38,737 bases of DNA from Chiloscyllium plagiosum (GCF_004010195.1 NC_057718.1:80060555-80099291); one strand, 5' to 3'; shown: positions 12,706 through 24,580, counted from the first letter of the stretch. Translations and numbers: made by a program. Notes: generated by a model not told the origin, from the letters alone.

Positions 12706-13367
12706 CGAATGTGGCAGGGGGCTTGGAACCAGAGGGGAAGACAAGTAGACAGCGAGATGGAAATTGGAGACTGTAAGAATCATGAAGTTAGCGTTGATAA
12801 AATAGCATTAATAAGGGGAAGATGGGGCAGACAGCAGATGAACGCAAAAGAACTGGTGGCCTGAAATGCATCTACTTTAATGCAAAGAGTACAGTGTGTA
12901 AGGCAGATGAGCTTAGGGCTTGGATTGGTGCCTGGGAGTATGACATTATTGCAATCACTGAGACTTGGTTGAAGGAAGGGCATGATTGGCAACTAAATGT
13001 TCCAGGATATAGACCGCTTCAGACAGGACAGGAGGGAAGTAAAAGTGGGGGTGGAGTTGCACTGCTGGTCAGGGATGATATCACAGCTTGGGTAGTGAAG
13101 CATTATGGGTGGAGCTGAGAAATAAGAAGGGTGCAGTTACATTGTTGGGGCTGTATTACAAGCCTCCCAACAGTGAGCGTGAGGCAGAAGAACAAATACG
13201 TAAGCAGATTATGGAAAGATGTAGAGGCAATAGGGTAGTGGTGATGGGAGATTTTAATTTTCCCAACATTGACTGGGATACACTTAGCGTCAGAGGTCTG
13301 GATGGGGTAGAATTTGTAAGAAGCATACAGGAGATTTTCTAGAGCAGTATGTCAATAGTCTGATGAG

Positions 13368-13547
13368 ATTCTGGATTAGAGGTACTGGAAAAGCACAGCA
13401 GTTCAGGCAGGTATTCCTGATGAAGGGCTTTTGCCCGAAACGTCGATTTTACTGCTCCTCGGATGCTGCCTGAACTGCTGTGCGTTTCCAGCACCTCTAA
13501 TCCAGAATCTGGTTTCCAGTATCTGCAGTCATTGTTTTTACCTTTTA
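13368..13547 (+). mobile_element. Mini fold-back PLE-terminus insertion 2 (A-related subfamily) inside the CR1 endonuclease
   Basis: 45-nt inverted arms 13366-13410 and 13466-13510 (2 mismatches); 14-bp TSD AATAGTCTGATGAG 13354-13367 and AATAGTCCAATGAG 13548-13561. Confidence 0.88.
13411..13452 (+). ncRNA. Minimal type I hammerhead ribozyme motif, core intact
   Basis: CTGATGA (13417-13423), A, GGGC-TTTT-GCCC, GAAA (13437-13440), CG, TC; predicted cleavage after C13444. Stem I is weak. Confidence 0.8.
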
Positions 13548-16500
13548 AATAGTCCAATGAGGGAAGGGGCCATATTGGACCTGGTAATGGGGAATGAGCC
13601 AGGACAGGTGGTAGAAGTTGCAGTCGGGGATTTCTTTGGGAACAGTGACCACAATTCTGTAAGTTTTAGAATACTCATAGACAAAGATGAGAGTGGTCCT
13701 AAGGGAAGAACACTAAACTGGGCCAAGGTCAATTATTTCAAAATTTGGCAGGAGCTGGGAAATGTGGACACAGCTATTTGAAGGGAAGTCTGCATTTGAT
13801 ATGTGGGAGGCTTTCAAAGATAGGTTAAAGATAGTGCAGGATAGGCATGTCCCGTTGAAGGCAAAGGATAGGAAAGGCAAGATTTGTGAACCGTGGATGA
13901 CAGGAGAAATCGTACGACTAGCCAAGAGGAAAAGGGAAGCGTACATAAGGTCCAGGCAGCTAAGAACAGAATGGGCCCTAGAGGAATATCGGAAGAGTAG
14001 GACCAGTCTTAAATGAGGAATCAAGCGGCTAAAAGGGGTCATGAAATAGCTTTAGCGAACAAAATTAAGGAGAATCCCAAAGCATTTTATTCTTATATAA
14101 GAAGCAAATGGGTACTTAAAGAAAGGGTTGGTCCATTAAAGGCTAATGAAGGAAAGCTGTGTGTCGAACCTGAGAGAATGGGTGAGATTCTGAATGATTA
14201 CTTTGCATCAGTGTTCACAAAAGAGAGGAACATGATGAATGTTGGGATTAGAGATAGAAGTTTGATTAGTCTGGATCAGGTTGACATAAGTAGGGAAGAT
14301 GTGTTGGCAAGGCTAGAGGTTATTAAATCCTCAGGACTGGATGGGATCTATCCCAGGTTGCTGAGGGAGGCGCAAGAGGAAATAGCTGGGGCCCTAGCAG
14401 ATATCTTTCTGGCATCCTTAAACAGATGAGGTGCCGGAAGACTGCTCACATTGTTCCTCCTGTACAAGAAGGGTAGTAGGGATATTCCAGGTAACTACAG
14501 ACCAGCGAACCTGACGTCAGTGGTGGGAAAGTTGCTGGAGTAGGTACTGAGGGATAAGATCTAATGATATTTAGAAAAGAATGGGCTCATCAGGTTTTGT
14601 GCGGGGGAGATCGTGCCTTACCAACTTAATAGAGGTCTTTGAGGAAGTGACCAAGTTCTTTGAGGAAGTGACCAAGTTGATAGATGAAGGAAGGGCTGTT
14701 GATGTCATATACATGGATTTTATTAAAGTATTTGATAAGGTTCTACATAGTAAAGTAATATAGAAAGTGGAGTCACATGGTGTGCAGGGTGTTCTAGCTA
14801 GGTGGATAAAGAACTGGTTGAGCAACAGGAGACAGAGAGTAGTAGTTGAAGGGAGTTTCTCAAAATGGAGAAAGGTGACCAGTGGTTTTCCACAGGGATC
14901 AGTGCAGGGGCTACTGTTGTTTGTGATGTACATAAATGATCTGGAAGAGGGCACTGTTGGTATGATCAGCAAGTTTGCAGATGACATGAAGATTGGAGTA
15001 GGAGAAAGCATAAGGGAGTCAAAGAACACAGGAGAATATAGATAGACTGGAGAGTTGGGTGGCAAAGTGGCAGATGGAGTTCAATCCAGGCAAATGTGAG
15101 GTGATGCATTTAGGCAAGTCTAATTCTAGAGCAAATTATACAATGAACGGAAGAGCCTTGGGAAAGGTTGATGAGCAGGGAGATCTGGGAGTGCAGGTCC
15201 AATGTACCCTGAAGGTTGCTGCACAGATGGATAGAGTGGGCAAGAAGGCATATGCTTGCCTTCACCGGACAGGGTATTGAGTATAAGAGCTGGCAAGTCA
15301 TGTTGCAATTGTACAAGACATTGGTTCGGCCACATTTAGAATACTGTGAACAGTTCTGGTCACCACATTACCAAAAGGATGTGGACGCTTTGGAGAGGGT
15401 GCAGAGAAGGTTTATGAGGAGGTTGCCTGGTATAGAAGGTGCTAGCTATGAAGAGAGGTTGAGTATATTAGGTTTGTTTTCATTAGAAAAAAGGAGATGG
15501 GGGGGGACGGGGACCTGATTGAGGTCTACAAAATCATGAAGGGTATAGACAGAGTAGATAAAGATAAGCTTTTTCCCAGGGTGAAGGATTCAATAACGAG
15601 AGGTCACGCTTTCAAGGTTGAGAGGTGAAAAGTCTCAGGGGGATACATGCGGCAAGTGCTTTACACAGAGGGTGGTGAGTGTCTGGAACGCGTTGCCATC
15701 AGAGGTAGTGGAGGCAGGCACGGTAGATTCATTTAAGATGCATCTGGACAGATGCATGAGTAGGTGGGGAACAAAGGGATACAGATGTTTAGAAATTGGG
15801 TGACAGGTTTAGACAGTGGATTTGGATCGGCTCAGGCTTGGAGGGCCGAAAGGCCTTTTCCTGGGCTGTAAATTTTCTTTGTTCTTTTCTTTGTTCTTTA
15901 GCACCCAATCACAACACAATGCCATCCATGCTCTCAAAACCAATCACAATATTGTCATCAAACAAGCAGATAAAGGAGGAGACATCATCATTCAGAATAA
16001 ACTGCCTATTGCAAGGAAGTGTACCAACAACTGAAGAACCAGGAACACTATAGGCAACTGCCAGCCTATCTGACCAAAGAGCACACCCATGAACTAAAAC
16101 ATTGATCTTTGATGCAGTCGTTCAGAGCCCTCATCCCATGTACTTCTTGCGTAGGAGACTTCTACTGCCTACTGAAGATACACAAAGCTAACACACCAGG
16201 ACATCCCATCATATCAGGCAATGGGACCCTGTGTGAGAACCTCTCTGGTCATGTCAAAGGCATCTTGAAACCCATTGTACAGGGGACCCCCAGCTTCTGT
16301 TGCGACACTACAGATTTCTTACAGAAACTCAATACCCATGGACCAGTCGAACCGGGAACATTCCTCGTCACAATGGATGTTTCAGCACTCTATACCAGCA
16401 TTCCCCACAATGATGGCATCGTGGCAACAGCCTTAGTACTCAATACCAACAACTGCCAGTCTCCGGCACTATCCTACAACTCATCCGCTTTATCCTCGAT

Positions 16501-18229
16501 CACAATGTTTTCACCTTTGACAACCAGTTCTTCATCCAGACACATGGAACAACTGTGCGGACCAAATTTGCACTCCAATATGCTAACATTTTCATGTACA
16601 AGTTTGAACAAGACTTCTTCTCTAAGCAGGACCTCCAACCAACACTATACACAAGGTATATTGACGACATTGTCTTCCTCTGGACCCATGGCGAGGAATC
16701 ACTGTAACAATGATACAGGGATAACAACGAGTTTCATTCCACATCAAACTCACCATGGACTTTCTTTAGTATCTGCCTCATTCTTGGACACATGCATCTC
16801 CATCAAAGATGGGCACCTCCGCTCCTCATTGTATCGCAAACCCACGGATAACCTCATGATGCTACACTCCTCTAGCTGCCACTCTAAACACATTAAAACA
16901 GCCATCCCCTATGGACATGCCCTATATATATATACACAGGATCTGTTCAGATGAGGGGGAATGTGACAGACACATGGAAGTACTCAAGCATGCTCTTATA
17001 AGAACAGAGTACAATGCTCAACTCATCGATCTCCAGTTCCGACGTGCTACTGCGATAAACCGTAATGACCTCGTTAGGAGACAGACATGAGCTGCAACCA
17101 ATAGGGTACCCTTTATGGTCCAGTACTTCCCGGGAGCCGAAAAACTATGCCATGTTCTTTGCAGCCTGCATAACATTATCAATGAGGATGAGCACCTCGC
17201 CACGATCTTCCCCACATCTCCACTTCTTGCCTTTAAACAACCATCAAACCTCAAACTGATCATTGTTCGCTGCAAACTCCCTGGCCTTCAGGACAACACC
17301 ATACATACTGCCCCGGCAGCTGCTGCAAGACGTGTCAGAATGTCGACATGGATACCACCATTACACATGGGGACACCACCTACCATGTATGTGGCAGGTG
17401 CTCATGTGTCTCTGCCAACGGTGCCTATTTCATATGCTAAAGGCAAGGATGCCGTAAGGCATGGTACATTGGCAAGACCGAGCCCACACACACACACAAA
17501 CACACACTCTCCTCTGGACTGACACACCCACGCAGACAGTCTCTCATCCACAAGCTCTCTCTCATACACTCATGCATACACCCCCCACACTCACATACAC
17601 ACATATAAGTTTGTGGAGTGAATTTGTACTTGCAGAATTACATTTTATTTTGCACAAAAATTGCATAAACCCATGAAACATTCTGTGAATCTCACTTTAG
17701 AAATAGAATCAGCCTGACCTAACATTGGGACACAGACAGACTTTAACTTCACACCTTCAATGCATTATCTGAGCTGAGATGACACCTGTTGTTAAAAGCT
17801 ATCTTGCGAATGTAACTTTTAAAAAGTTCTGGGATTTACATATGAAGGAACTGAAACTAACATGATTTTTCTAAAAGATGAAAGACACAAGCTAAATTTG
17901 TTTAATATTACATTCCATGACACTGCAATCCTGTTGCAATAAATTCTGTGTCGTATGATTCTGCTCCACAACCACCCAATGAAGGAAAGCTAATCCTTTC
18001 TTTTATAATCTATGCCTGTATTAGTAAACCTTAAGATATGGTATGCCTTATTGATTTCTTTCAATCTGTCCTGCCATCTTTAAGTATGGTGGCAGCAAAA
18101 CTACCAGATGGATCTTACACTATCCCAAACTGCAGTGAGGAATCATCATACCACATGATGGCAATGAGTTGCAATATACAAGGCACTGGCAGCTATCTGT
18201 CAGAGACTGGTTGAGCAAACAGTCAGTAG

Positions 18230-19680
18230 TTGGATAGTCTTGGCTATAAGCCCTTAGCATGGTTTTTAATGTCTGGTGCCACCTTTCTAGTGGAGAAAGT
18301 GAGGACTGCAGATGCTGGAGATCAGAGCTGAAAATGTGTTGCTGGAAAAGCGCAGCAGGTCAGGCAGCATCCAAGGAACAGGAGAATCGACGTTTCGGGC
18401 ATAAGCCCTTCACGTCGATTCTCCTGTTCCTTGGATGCTGCCTGACCTGCTGCGCTTTTCCAGCAACACATTTTCAGCCACCTTTCTAGTGCCTCCTGCA
18501 TTTCTGGATGGTATGCAGTAGGCTTGAATTGTTTTATTTCTAAGCTGTCCATAACCTCCTTGAACAATTTTGATGTAAAATGTGACTCTTGACATGACTG
18601 CATCTCTGTGGTTGTCTGTATCTAGTAAAAAAATTGAGTAACTCTTCTACAATCCTTTTAACTGCGATATTGTGTTATGGAACGGCTTCTAAAACCTAGC
18701 GGACACATCCATTATTGTCAACAAACACTGATTTCCACTTTGTTTTAGGTTGGGATCCCACACTATCAATTAAGAGTCTTGTAAAAGGTTCCTCAAATGC
18801 AGGAATTGATATTAAAGGTGCAGATTTTATTACTGCCTGAAGTTTTTCAATTACCTGACATGTATGACATGTCTGGCAAAATTCAACTCCATTCTTATGC
18901 AGTCCAAACCAGTCGTAATATTTTGTATTTTAGTTTGAATTTATCTTAAATGACCTCCTACTGGTAATTAATGTGCTACCCGCAACACCCCCTTTGTACA
19001 ACCCCACTGGTAATATGCTTTGATGAACTTCTGCCCATTTCTCATCTGACTGAATATGTGATGGTCTCTATTTCCTCATTAAGACATCATTTAAGATAGT
19101 AGCACATAGAGATACACTCAGATTCTTCTTCTGTGTATGCTTTTTGATACAATTGCTTCAGTTTTTCATCTTTCTGTTGTAACTCAGTTAATTTCTCTGA
19201 GCTAAAATTATCCTCCACCTGCACCTGTTTTGTCTCAACCATTCAACTTCCTTATCTGTATTCTTTGATTTCTCCTCCTGTTTCAACTGGTGACTTTGTG
19301 ACCTTGTTACCACAGAGTCAGGAAAAATCCCAAGATATGCTTCTTGTAAGACCTCAATTGCCTGATTTTCCACTGGCTTTTCAAGCACAGAGGGCAGCAG
19401 TCCTACCTGTGAACTAGCTGTATCGTTAGCAGGGATGAACTGATTTCCTGCAGCCGAGAGCTCTTCCATTATCCCTCCCACGACTTCTCCATTTCTCTCT
19501 GCTCACTCTAACCTCACTCGACATAATTGAACAATCCTCGTCTCACCGTGAATTCCATGTACTAACACTTTTTCTGGCTTCACTTCTCCTCATCTCTCAA
19601 CATCAAAAACTGACACAATCCTGTATCTCTTAATAACTGTTACCACTTTATTTGATGCTCCTGGCCTGTGCAAGTAAACC
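18230..19680 (-). pseudogene. pol remnant: aspartic protease + integrase
   Basis: LRDTG at 19619-19633; FCQTCHTCQ near 18856-18882; TAYHPEMQEALERWHQTLKTML, split by the insertion at 18293-18476. Confidence 0.85.
18293..18476 (-). mobile_element. Mini fold-back PLE-terminus insertion 3 (family A) inside the integrase
   Basis: Perfect 67-nt inverted arms 18327-18393 and 18412-18478; perfect 15-bp TSD GCCACCTTTCTAGTG at 18278-18292 and 18477-18491. Confidence 0.93.
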
Positions 19681-19851
19681 TTACCTTCTCAAGTAAATAG
19701 TTTAAGAAGATGGGGCACTTGCTCCTTAATCGACCTCTAAACAGGTTGGACATTCTGCTGCCACTGTGCTTTCCTTTATCACTTCAACAAAATTCACTGG
19801 CTTATCCTGTTTTCATACATCTGTCTTCTCAGTGCTTTTCCTAACCCATCA

Positions 19852-21044
19852 ACACTGTGATTTCATGTGGCCTACTTTATTGCAGTGAAAACACTACAGC
19901 TTTTTAACTTGCTTTTCCCCTTCATGCGTTTCCTTTTTACCCTGTAGTAAGCTATCTTTATGACCTTCATCGAGATCTGTTTTCCCCAATTTCTATCCTT
20001 CATGATAGAAATTGATGGTGGAAGCCAAACTTTGATTTATGAACTAACTTATAATCATCAGCCATTTCAGTTGCTAATCTTGCCGTTTTAACCCTCTGCT
20101 CTTCCAAATGAGTACTCAGTATTTCAGGAAGTGAGTTTTTGAACTCCTCCAAAATAATTGTCTCTCTAAGATTGTCATAGGTTTGCTCTATTTTTAATAC
20201 CCTTATCCACCTGTCAAAATTACTTTGTTTGATCCTTTCAAATTCAATGTTTGTCCGAACAGGGTCCCTCCTTAGATTCCTGAAACCTTGTTTGTAGGCT
20301 TCAGGTACAAGCTTATCTGCACTTAAGATGGCTTTCTTCACCTCCTCATACTCCCCAGACACCTCCTCTAATAGTGATGCAAATACCTCACTAGCTCTAC
20401 CTACTAGCTTTGTTTGGATCAACAAAACCCACATGGTCACTGGCCACTTTATTTGTTTAGCCACCTTCTCAAATGAGATGAAAAGAGCTTCGACATACTT
20501 CTCATCAAATTTAGGCAATGCTTGGACATACTTAAACAGATCCCCACCATGCTTTTGGCTACGATGGGCTTGCTCACCTTCACTAAGCCTACCTTCCACC
20601 TTCAGCTCCACCCTTTCAAGCCGGCTTTCCTGTCTAAGTACCAATTTATGAAGTTCAAACTCTCGCTCTTTCTCTCTTTTCTCTTCCTCCTTTTCTTCTT
20701 CCTCTTTCTCCCTTTCTTCTGCTAGGGCCTTCCCCTCCATTTCCTTTTGTTCTGCTAAAGTGATTCTGTCCTTTTTGTTTTGTTCTGCCAGGGCAATTTG
20801 TTCTTTTTCTCTTTCCTCTGCTTTTAATCAAAATTCAAAATGCTTCATTTTTTTCTCTTTTTTTTGCCTCTAACTCAAACTGCTTCATTTTCAATTGAAT
20901 TTTAGCCACTTCCAAAGATTCTGATGGTGTTTCTAGCAAATTTAAATGCTGAGCTAATGCTGCAATTATACCTCCCTTTCTCATGGATGAAGGCAACTCC
21001 AACTCCAGGTTGTCTGCCAATTCCAGCAGCTTTGCCTTGCTCAC
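19852..21044 (-). pseudogene. gag: charged coiled coil, capsid/SCAN-like domain, CCHC zinc knuckle
   Basis: ORFs 20835..21044 and 20000..20740 (LPKFDEK...FEKVA...WP...LVPEAYKQGFR...IILEEFKNSLP); CFHCNKVGHMKSQC at 19852-19893. Confidence 0.88.
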
Positions 21045-21228
21045 CTTTTGAAAAGCCCCAATGTCACTTTTTCCACCCTCAGAAAATTCCTAGTGACTGA
21101 AAGAGCTAATACTGTTTAAACCAACCGAATTCAACACCCAGAACAAAGGACGGTAACACCTACCACTCGCCGCCTTTGAGTCCAACAACCCTAATCCCAA
21201 ATTGGAACTATAGAAAAAACCCCAACAA

Positions 21229-21237
21229 GAGCCCCCA
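21229..21237 (-). promoter_or_regulatory. Primer binding site complementary to the tRNA-Pro 3' end
   Basis: Minus strand TGGGGGCTC lies 3 nt after the LTR end; tRNA-Pro ends ...GAGCCCCCA. Confidence 0.75.
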
Positions 21238-21240
21238 ATT

Positions 21241-21805
21241 TGTTATGGACCAGGCCAGACCCCCTCAAAACAATTTAAGAAGATAGTCTAGACCCTAACT
21301 TTTCTTTATTTTAAAGGCAGATGTGGAGTGGATATTCCAGGTGTGATGGAGCTGGTCAAACCACTCAGCTTTAAGCTAAACAGAATTTATTTAAACACGA
21401 CAGTTGAAACACGAACAAAAGAAAACAGAATTTAGAATAACTTAACTATTTGAAAACTCAACTGACTCGATATAGCAACATAACTAAAGCGCTGTCCCAA
21501 TTACTGTAACATCCCATAAACACATCCCTTGGCAAAAGGTAAATTCAAACTCAGGTTCTTACAGGCAGGAGAGATTTCAGAGAGAAAGCCAGTCAGGAAC
21601 CATCTTGTGAAGCTTGGAATCTTTCTCCACTGCAGCAGCTTCTGACTGTTACAGCTACACCAAACCAGAGAAAACCTGAACTGGGAGAACTGACTACTCC
21701 CCTGCCATTGTTAAACTAGGCTCTGCCCAGACATTTCGGCACCCCTGTCTTTATGACCTCTCTTAAAAAAACCCAAGGACAAAATAAAGTGTTAGCATTG
21801 TCACA
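21241..21805 (-). repeat. 5' LTR (about 565 bp) of the Gmr1-like element
   Basis: Minus strand begins TGTGAC, ends ATAACA next to the PBS and contains AATAAA. No second LTR in the window, so the outer boundary is less certain. Confidence 0.7.
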
Positions 21806-22059
21806 ATGTCTCTCTGCCTTTCATCTATTTTCTCCTTCTTTACGCTGTATTTCAGTTCCCCTACCTTTGCACAATTTGCTTAAGCCCTCTGCGACTAATT
21901 AGAAGGTGAGGTGCAACATGTCATCCGGAAATAGGTACCCCTTGCCTCACAGTCAATCTCAAAGGTAGAACATGAAGAAAGGTCAGAAGAAAAAGTTTAA
22001 ATTGATTCAAATGTCAGGGGTATGTTGTGTATTTTTTTAAAAAACTCTTAGGTCTTTAC

Positions 22060-22294
22060 CTGAAGATTCATAGCAGCTAAGATGACCCTGACCTCCATTT
22101 CCAAGGACAGCTTTGAGATTCATAGGATGACTTGGAAAGACAGATGCACTGAGATCCATCTGATTTAAGATGTCCGCTTTACCTCCATTTCTTTTCCACA
22201 GAATGCCAGTGGTTGTATCAGTAGGTGGGTTTTGAGTTAGTTGAGAAGTGGTTTGGACCACATGAACAGTACTTTGCTGGATCAGGCCACAACT
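22060..22294 (-). CDS. Candidate internal coding exon of an unidentified host gene (235 nt, phase 0 to 1)
   Basis: Acceptor ttctctttttctgcttatag|AGT, donor TCAG|gtaaag; one frame open throughout (SCGLIQQSTVHVVQTT...HLSCYESS); sequence does not look like a repeat. Protein not recognised. Confidence 0.45.
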
Positions 22295-22749
22295 CTATAA
22301 GCAGAAAAAGAGAACTAATCAAATTCAAAGTTCAGAATGGGCAATAAATTATTTAGAAGGGATTTTGATCTAGAAACCATCTTTTTTTCTCATATCAGAT
22401 TACCAACAATAATTCAGAAGGAAATTTATACAAACATACAGAAGCATTTTTAGATGAACACTTTAAACACACATCACTGCTTTAAGCTATCAAACTTACA
22501 TCAAGAAGTAAACTGCAAAGTTCCTGCTTTGAATGCAGTAAAAAGACACACCAAATTAGACAGGGGCAGGCTTGTGGACTAATGTAGTTAAAGTTTACAT
22601 CTTTCTTCCTTTGTTTATATTTACATATATCTACACTTTCTTCTGTTTAAAAATTCATGGGAGTAAATTTAGATAACCATTGAAGTTCTGCATGAGAATC
22701 TCAATGAGTGGTTACTTCATCCATTTTCATGCACTATCATTTGTTGAAT

Positions 22750-23010
22750 ACCCCTCATTACCCTTGAACTGAGTGGTTTGCAAGGCTGTTTCAAAGAGCA
22801 GTTAATCACATTACCGTGGAACTGGAATCAGATGTAGCCCAGATTAGGGAAGGATGCCAGACTTCCCCCTCTGAAGGATTTTACTTACAAGACAGGATTT
22901 TACAACAAGCAATGATTGGTCACTATTACTGAGACTAGCCTTCAGTTCCACATTTTATTAATTGATCTTAAATTCTACAAACTGTTGTGGTAGAATTTGA
23001 ACATGAATCT
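22750..23010 (-). mobile_element. Old tRNA-derived SINE (possibly SacSINE1/DeuSINE-like)
   Basis: Minus-strand B-box-like GTTCAAATTC near 22994-23003; related decayed copies at about 6930-7030 and 35030-35240. Confidence 0.6.
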
Positions 23011-23269
23011 GTGTTATTCATCCTGTGATATTACCACAACAGCACACATCAGACACACTCATAAAGTATAACAAATGGTGCATACCATCTCATGCCACCC
23101 GCTCATATTAATTATTTCTGCACACATATATCAGCAGGGAACATAATTTATTTTTATCTGCAATATCTGCAGCAAGCCAGCACATTTTGAGAGGGAGGTG
23201 GATTCTGACTGGAGCATGTGATGGGTGTCACTCTGCAACTGAATCTGACTTAATAATGAATGAAGAATG

Positions 23270-23880
23270 GCTGACCATAGCCATTCTTTGGTTTGCTGTG
23301 CTAGCTGTAATACGTCATGGCTTCCACCAGGATAGCGGACATTGACCTACATTGACACTGCTATGGTCACACACCAGCTTCACATTTAGGAAGTAGAAAT
23401 CTTTTCATTTCAGGTGACTGGAAGAGTTGGTATTAAACACTTGAAAAGCAATGTCTTTGCAATTATTGGCACCCTGAACCATGGAGAGGCTTTCAGTGTT
23501 CGAAAACACTTGTGCTCATTCCACCTAATTCTGGAAAATGGGAGTAATATGGAGTTATTCCTCTTTGCATAGAAAGCTTCAATGACCTCCCTTGTGCAAC
23601 AGTGTACAATAGCAGCAGCCTGGAAGGAATCAGATACATTTAAGTTCAAGTCAGTTTCAGAGCCTCTAAAATGTGATCCTTGCTCTGCTCTGCAATTGCC
23701 ACTGTAGCAGTTGGAAGATTTCAGTGACAATTTCCATAATGAAGCACAGGCATCTCTAAAAGAGATCACTGCAGAAGTTTAGATGGAAAGTTACTCCACG
23801 AATACCCTGGAGGAATTAGTTCTGATTTCTTGCTGCCAGTTTCTTTCCTGTCCCTTCCCTTTCTAGCAGCTTGTCATCTG
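23270..23880 (-). pseudogene. PIF/Harbinger DDE transposase relic
   Basis: Across frames: SDSFQAAA.VHCCTREVIEAFYAKRN, MVQGANNCKDI (cf. GAIDCTHI), FYFLNVKLVCDH, VNVRYPGGSHD (cf. YPGSxHD), WL. Confidence 0.85.
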
Positions 23881-24249
23881 CATCCAGCTTGAGTACAGTA
23901 TTGACCATTATTAAAAATAAATCATTATATTATTCAAGTAAAACTAAAGGAGTGAAGAATTTTCAGCAAAACATACATTGAAACTGATACAAGTGAGAAG
24001 GGTTTGCTTGATTACCTTGACCAATCAAAAAATGTAAGACAGATAGATCTTTGTGTTTCATCCAGAGTGATTTTTTGAAACAATACAAATACTACAATGT
24101 CTGAATAAATCTTCCTTTATCATTTAGGTTGTAGAAGTCCTTAAAACCTTAGTGAAGTGTAAAATCATACAAAATAGGAGGCATTTATCCCATTGCGCCA
24201 TTTTGAATCTTTGAAAGAGCTATTGAATTCATTCCACTCACAAGGCTCC

Positions 24250-24580
24250 TTCATTCAGAAGGCAGCTTCCAAACCACTGAACTCTACCGCTTAGAAGGAC
24301 TGCAGATGCAAGTGGTCAGCAGCAACTGAAAGCTCCCCTCCAAGCCACACACCATTCTGATTCAGATTTATAATCACCATCCATCCCTTCACTGTCACTC
24401 AGCCAAAATGCCTAATTTCTTTTCGTAACACCACTTTGGCTGTGCCAACACCATATAAGCTGCATCTGATCAAGAGGGCAGCTAACCAAGCTCAAGAAAA
24501 CAACTCACCACCGCCTTCTCAAGGGCATTCAGGAGTGGTTTTAAATGCTGGCTTGGCGAGTGAAGCTCACATTCTATGAA
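24250..24580 (+). mobile_element. Old LINE 3' end fragment
   Basis: caccaccgccttctcaagggc...aaatgctggc...cacattctatgaa; an inverted homolog lies at 37279-37350. Confidence 0.55.

Larger units (their letters stand above)
12860..15795 (+). pseudogene. CR1 ORF2: APE endonuclease + reverse transcriptase
   Basis: LKCIYFNA, IAITETW, VMGDFN, SDHN, VIYMDF, PQGSV, KFADD, LYKTLVRPHLEYC spread over several frames. Confidence 0.92.
11180..15900 (+). mobile_element. Near full-length CR1 LINE (5' UTR, ORF1, ORF2, 3' tail), inactive
   Basis: Ordered 5' repeat array, zinc-finger/esterase ORF1, APE endonuclease + RT ORF2, and a (TCTTTGTT)n-like tail at 15876-15899. Confidence 0.95.
10721..17990 (+). mobile_element. 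PLE family C copy (RT + partial GIY-YIG + 3' UTR), split by the CR1 at 11180-15900
   Basis: 11120-11179 and 15902 onward join seamlessly when compared with the paralog at 34780-34920. Motifs: IVIKQADKGG, FYCLLKIHK, MDVSALYTSIP, YIDD 16657-16668, WYIGKT near 17460-17478. Confidence 0.9.
18230..21805 (-). mobile_element. Gmr1-like Gypsy LTR retrotransposon, 3'-truncated (LTR-PBS-gag-PR-IN)
   Basis: LTR, tRNA-Pro PBS, gag with SCAN-like segment and CCHC knuckle, protease LRDTG, then integrase motifs with no RT in between. Confidence 0.88.

Noticed and set aside
16109..16954. Longest ORF (281 aa) as a functional gene
   Set aside because: PLE RT fragment that drifts out of frame; the YIDD motif lies in another frame.
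18293..18476. Hairpins as DNA-transposon MITEs or pre-miRNAs
   Set aside because: Arms are asymmetric, differ per copy and match PLE 3' termini (37352-37480); variable 14-15 bp TSDs fit retrotransposition better.
23400..23572. Plus-strand acceptor (ctttttcatttcag) followed by a 52-codon frame
   Set aside because: Lies antisense to the Harbinger relic, which already explains the sequence.
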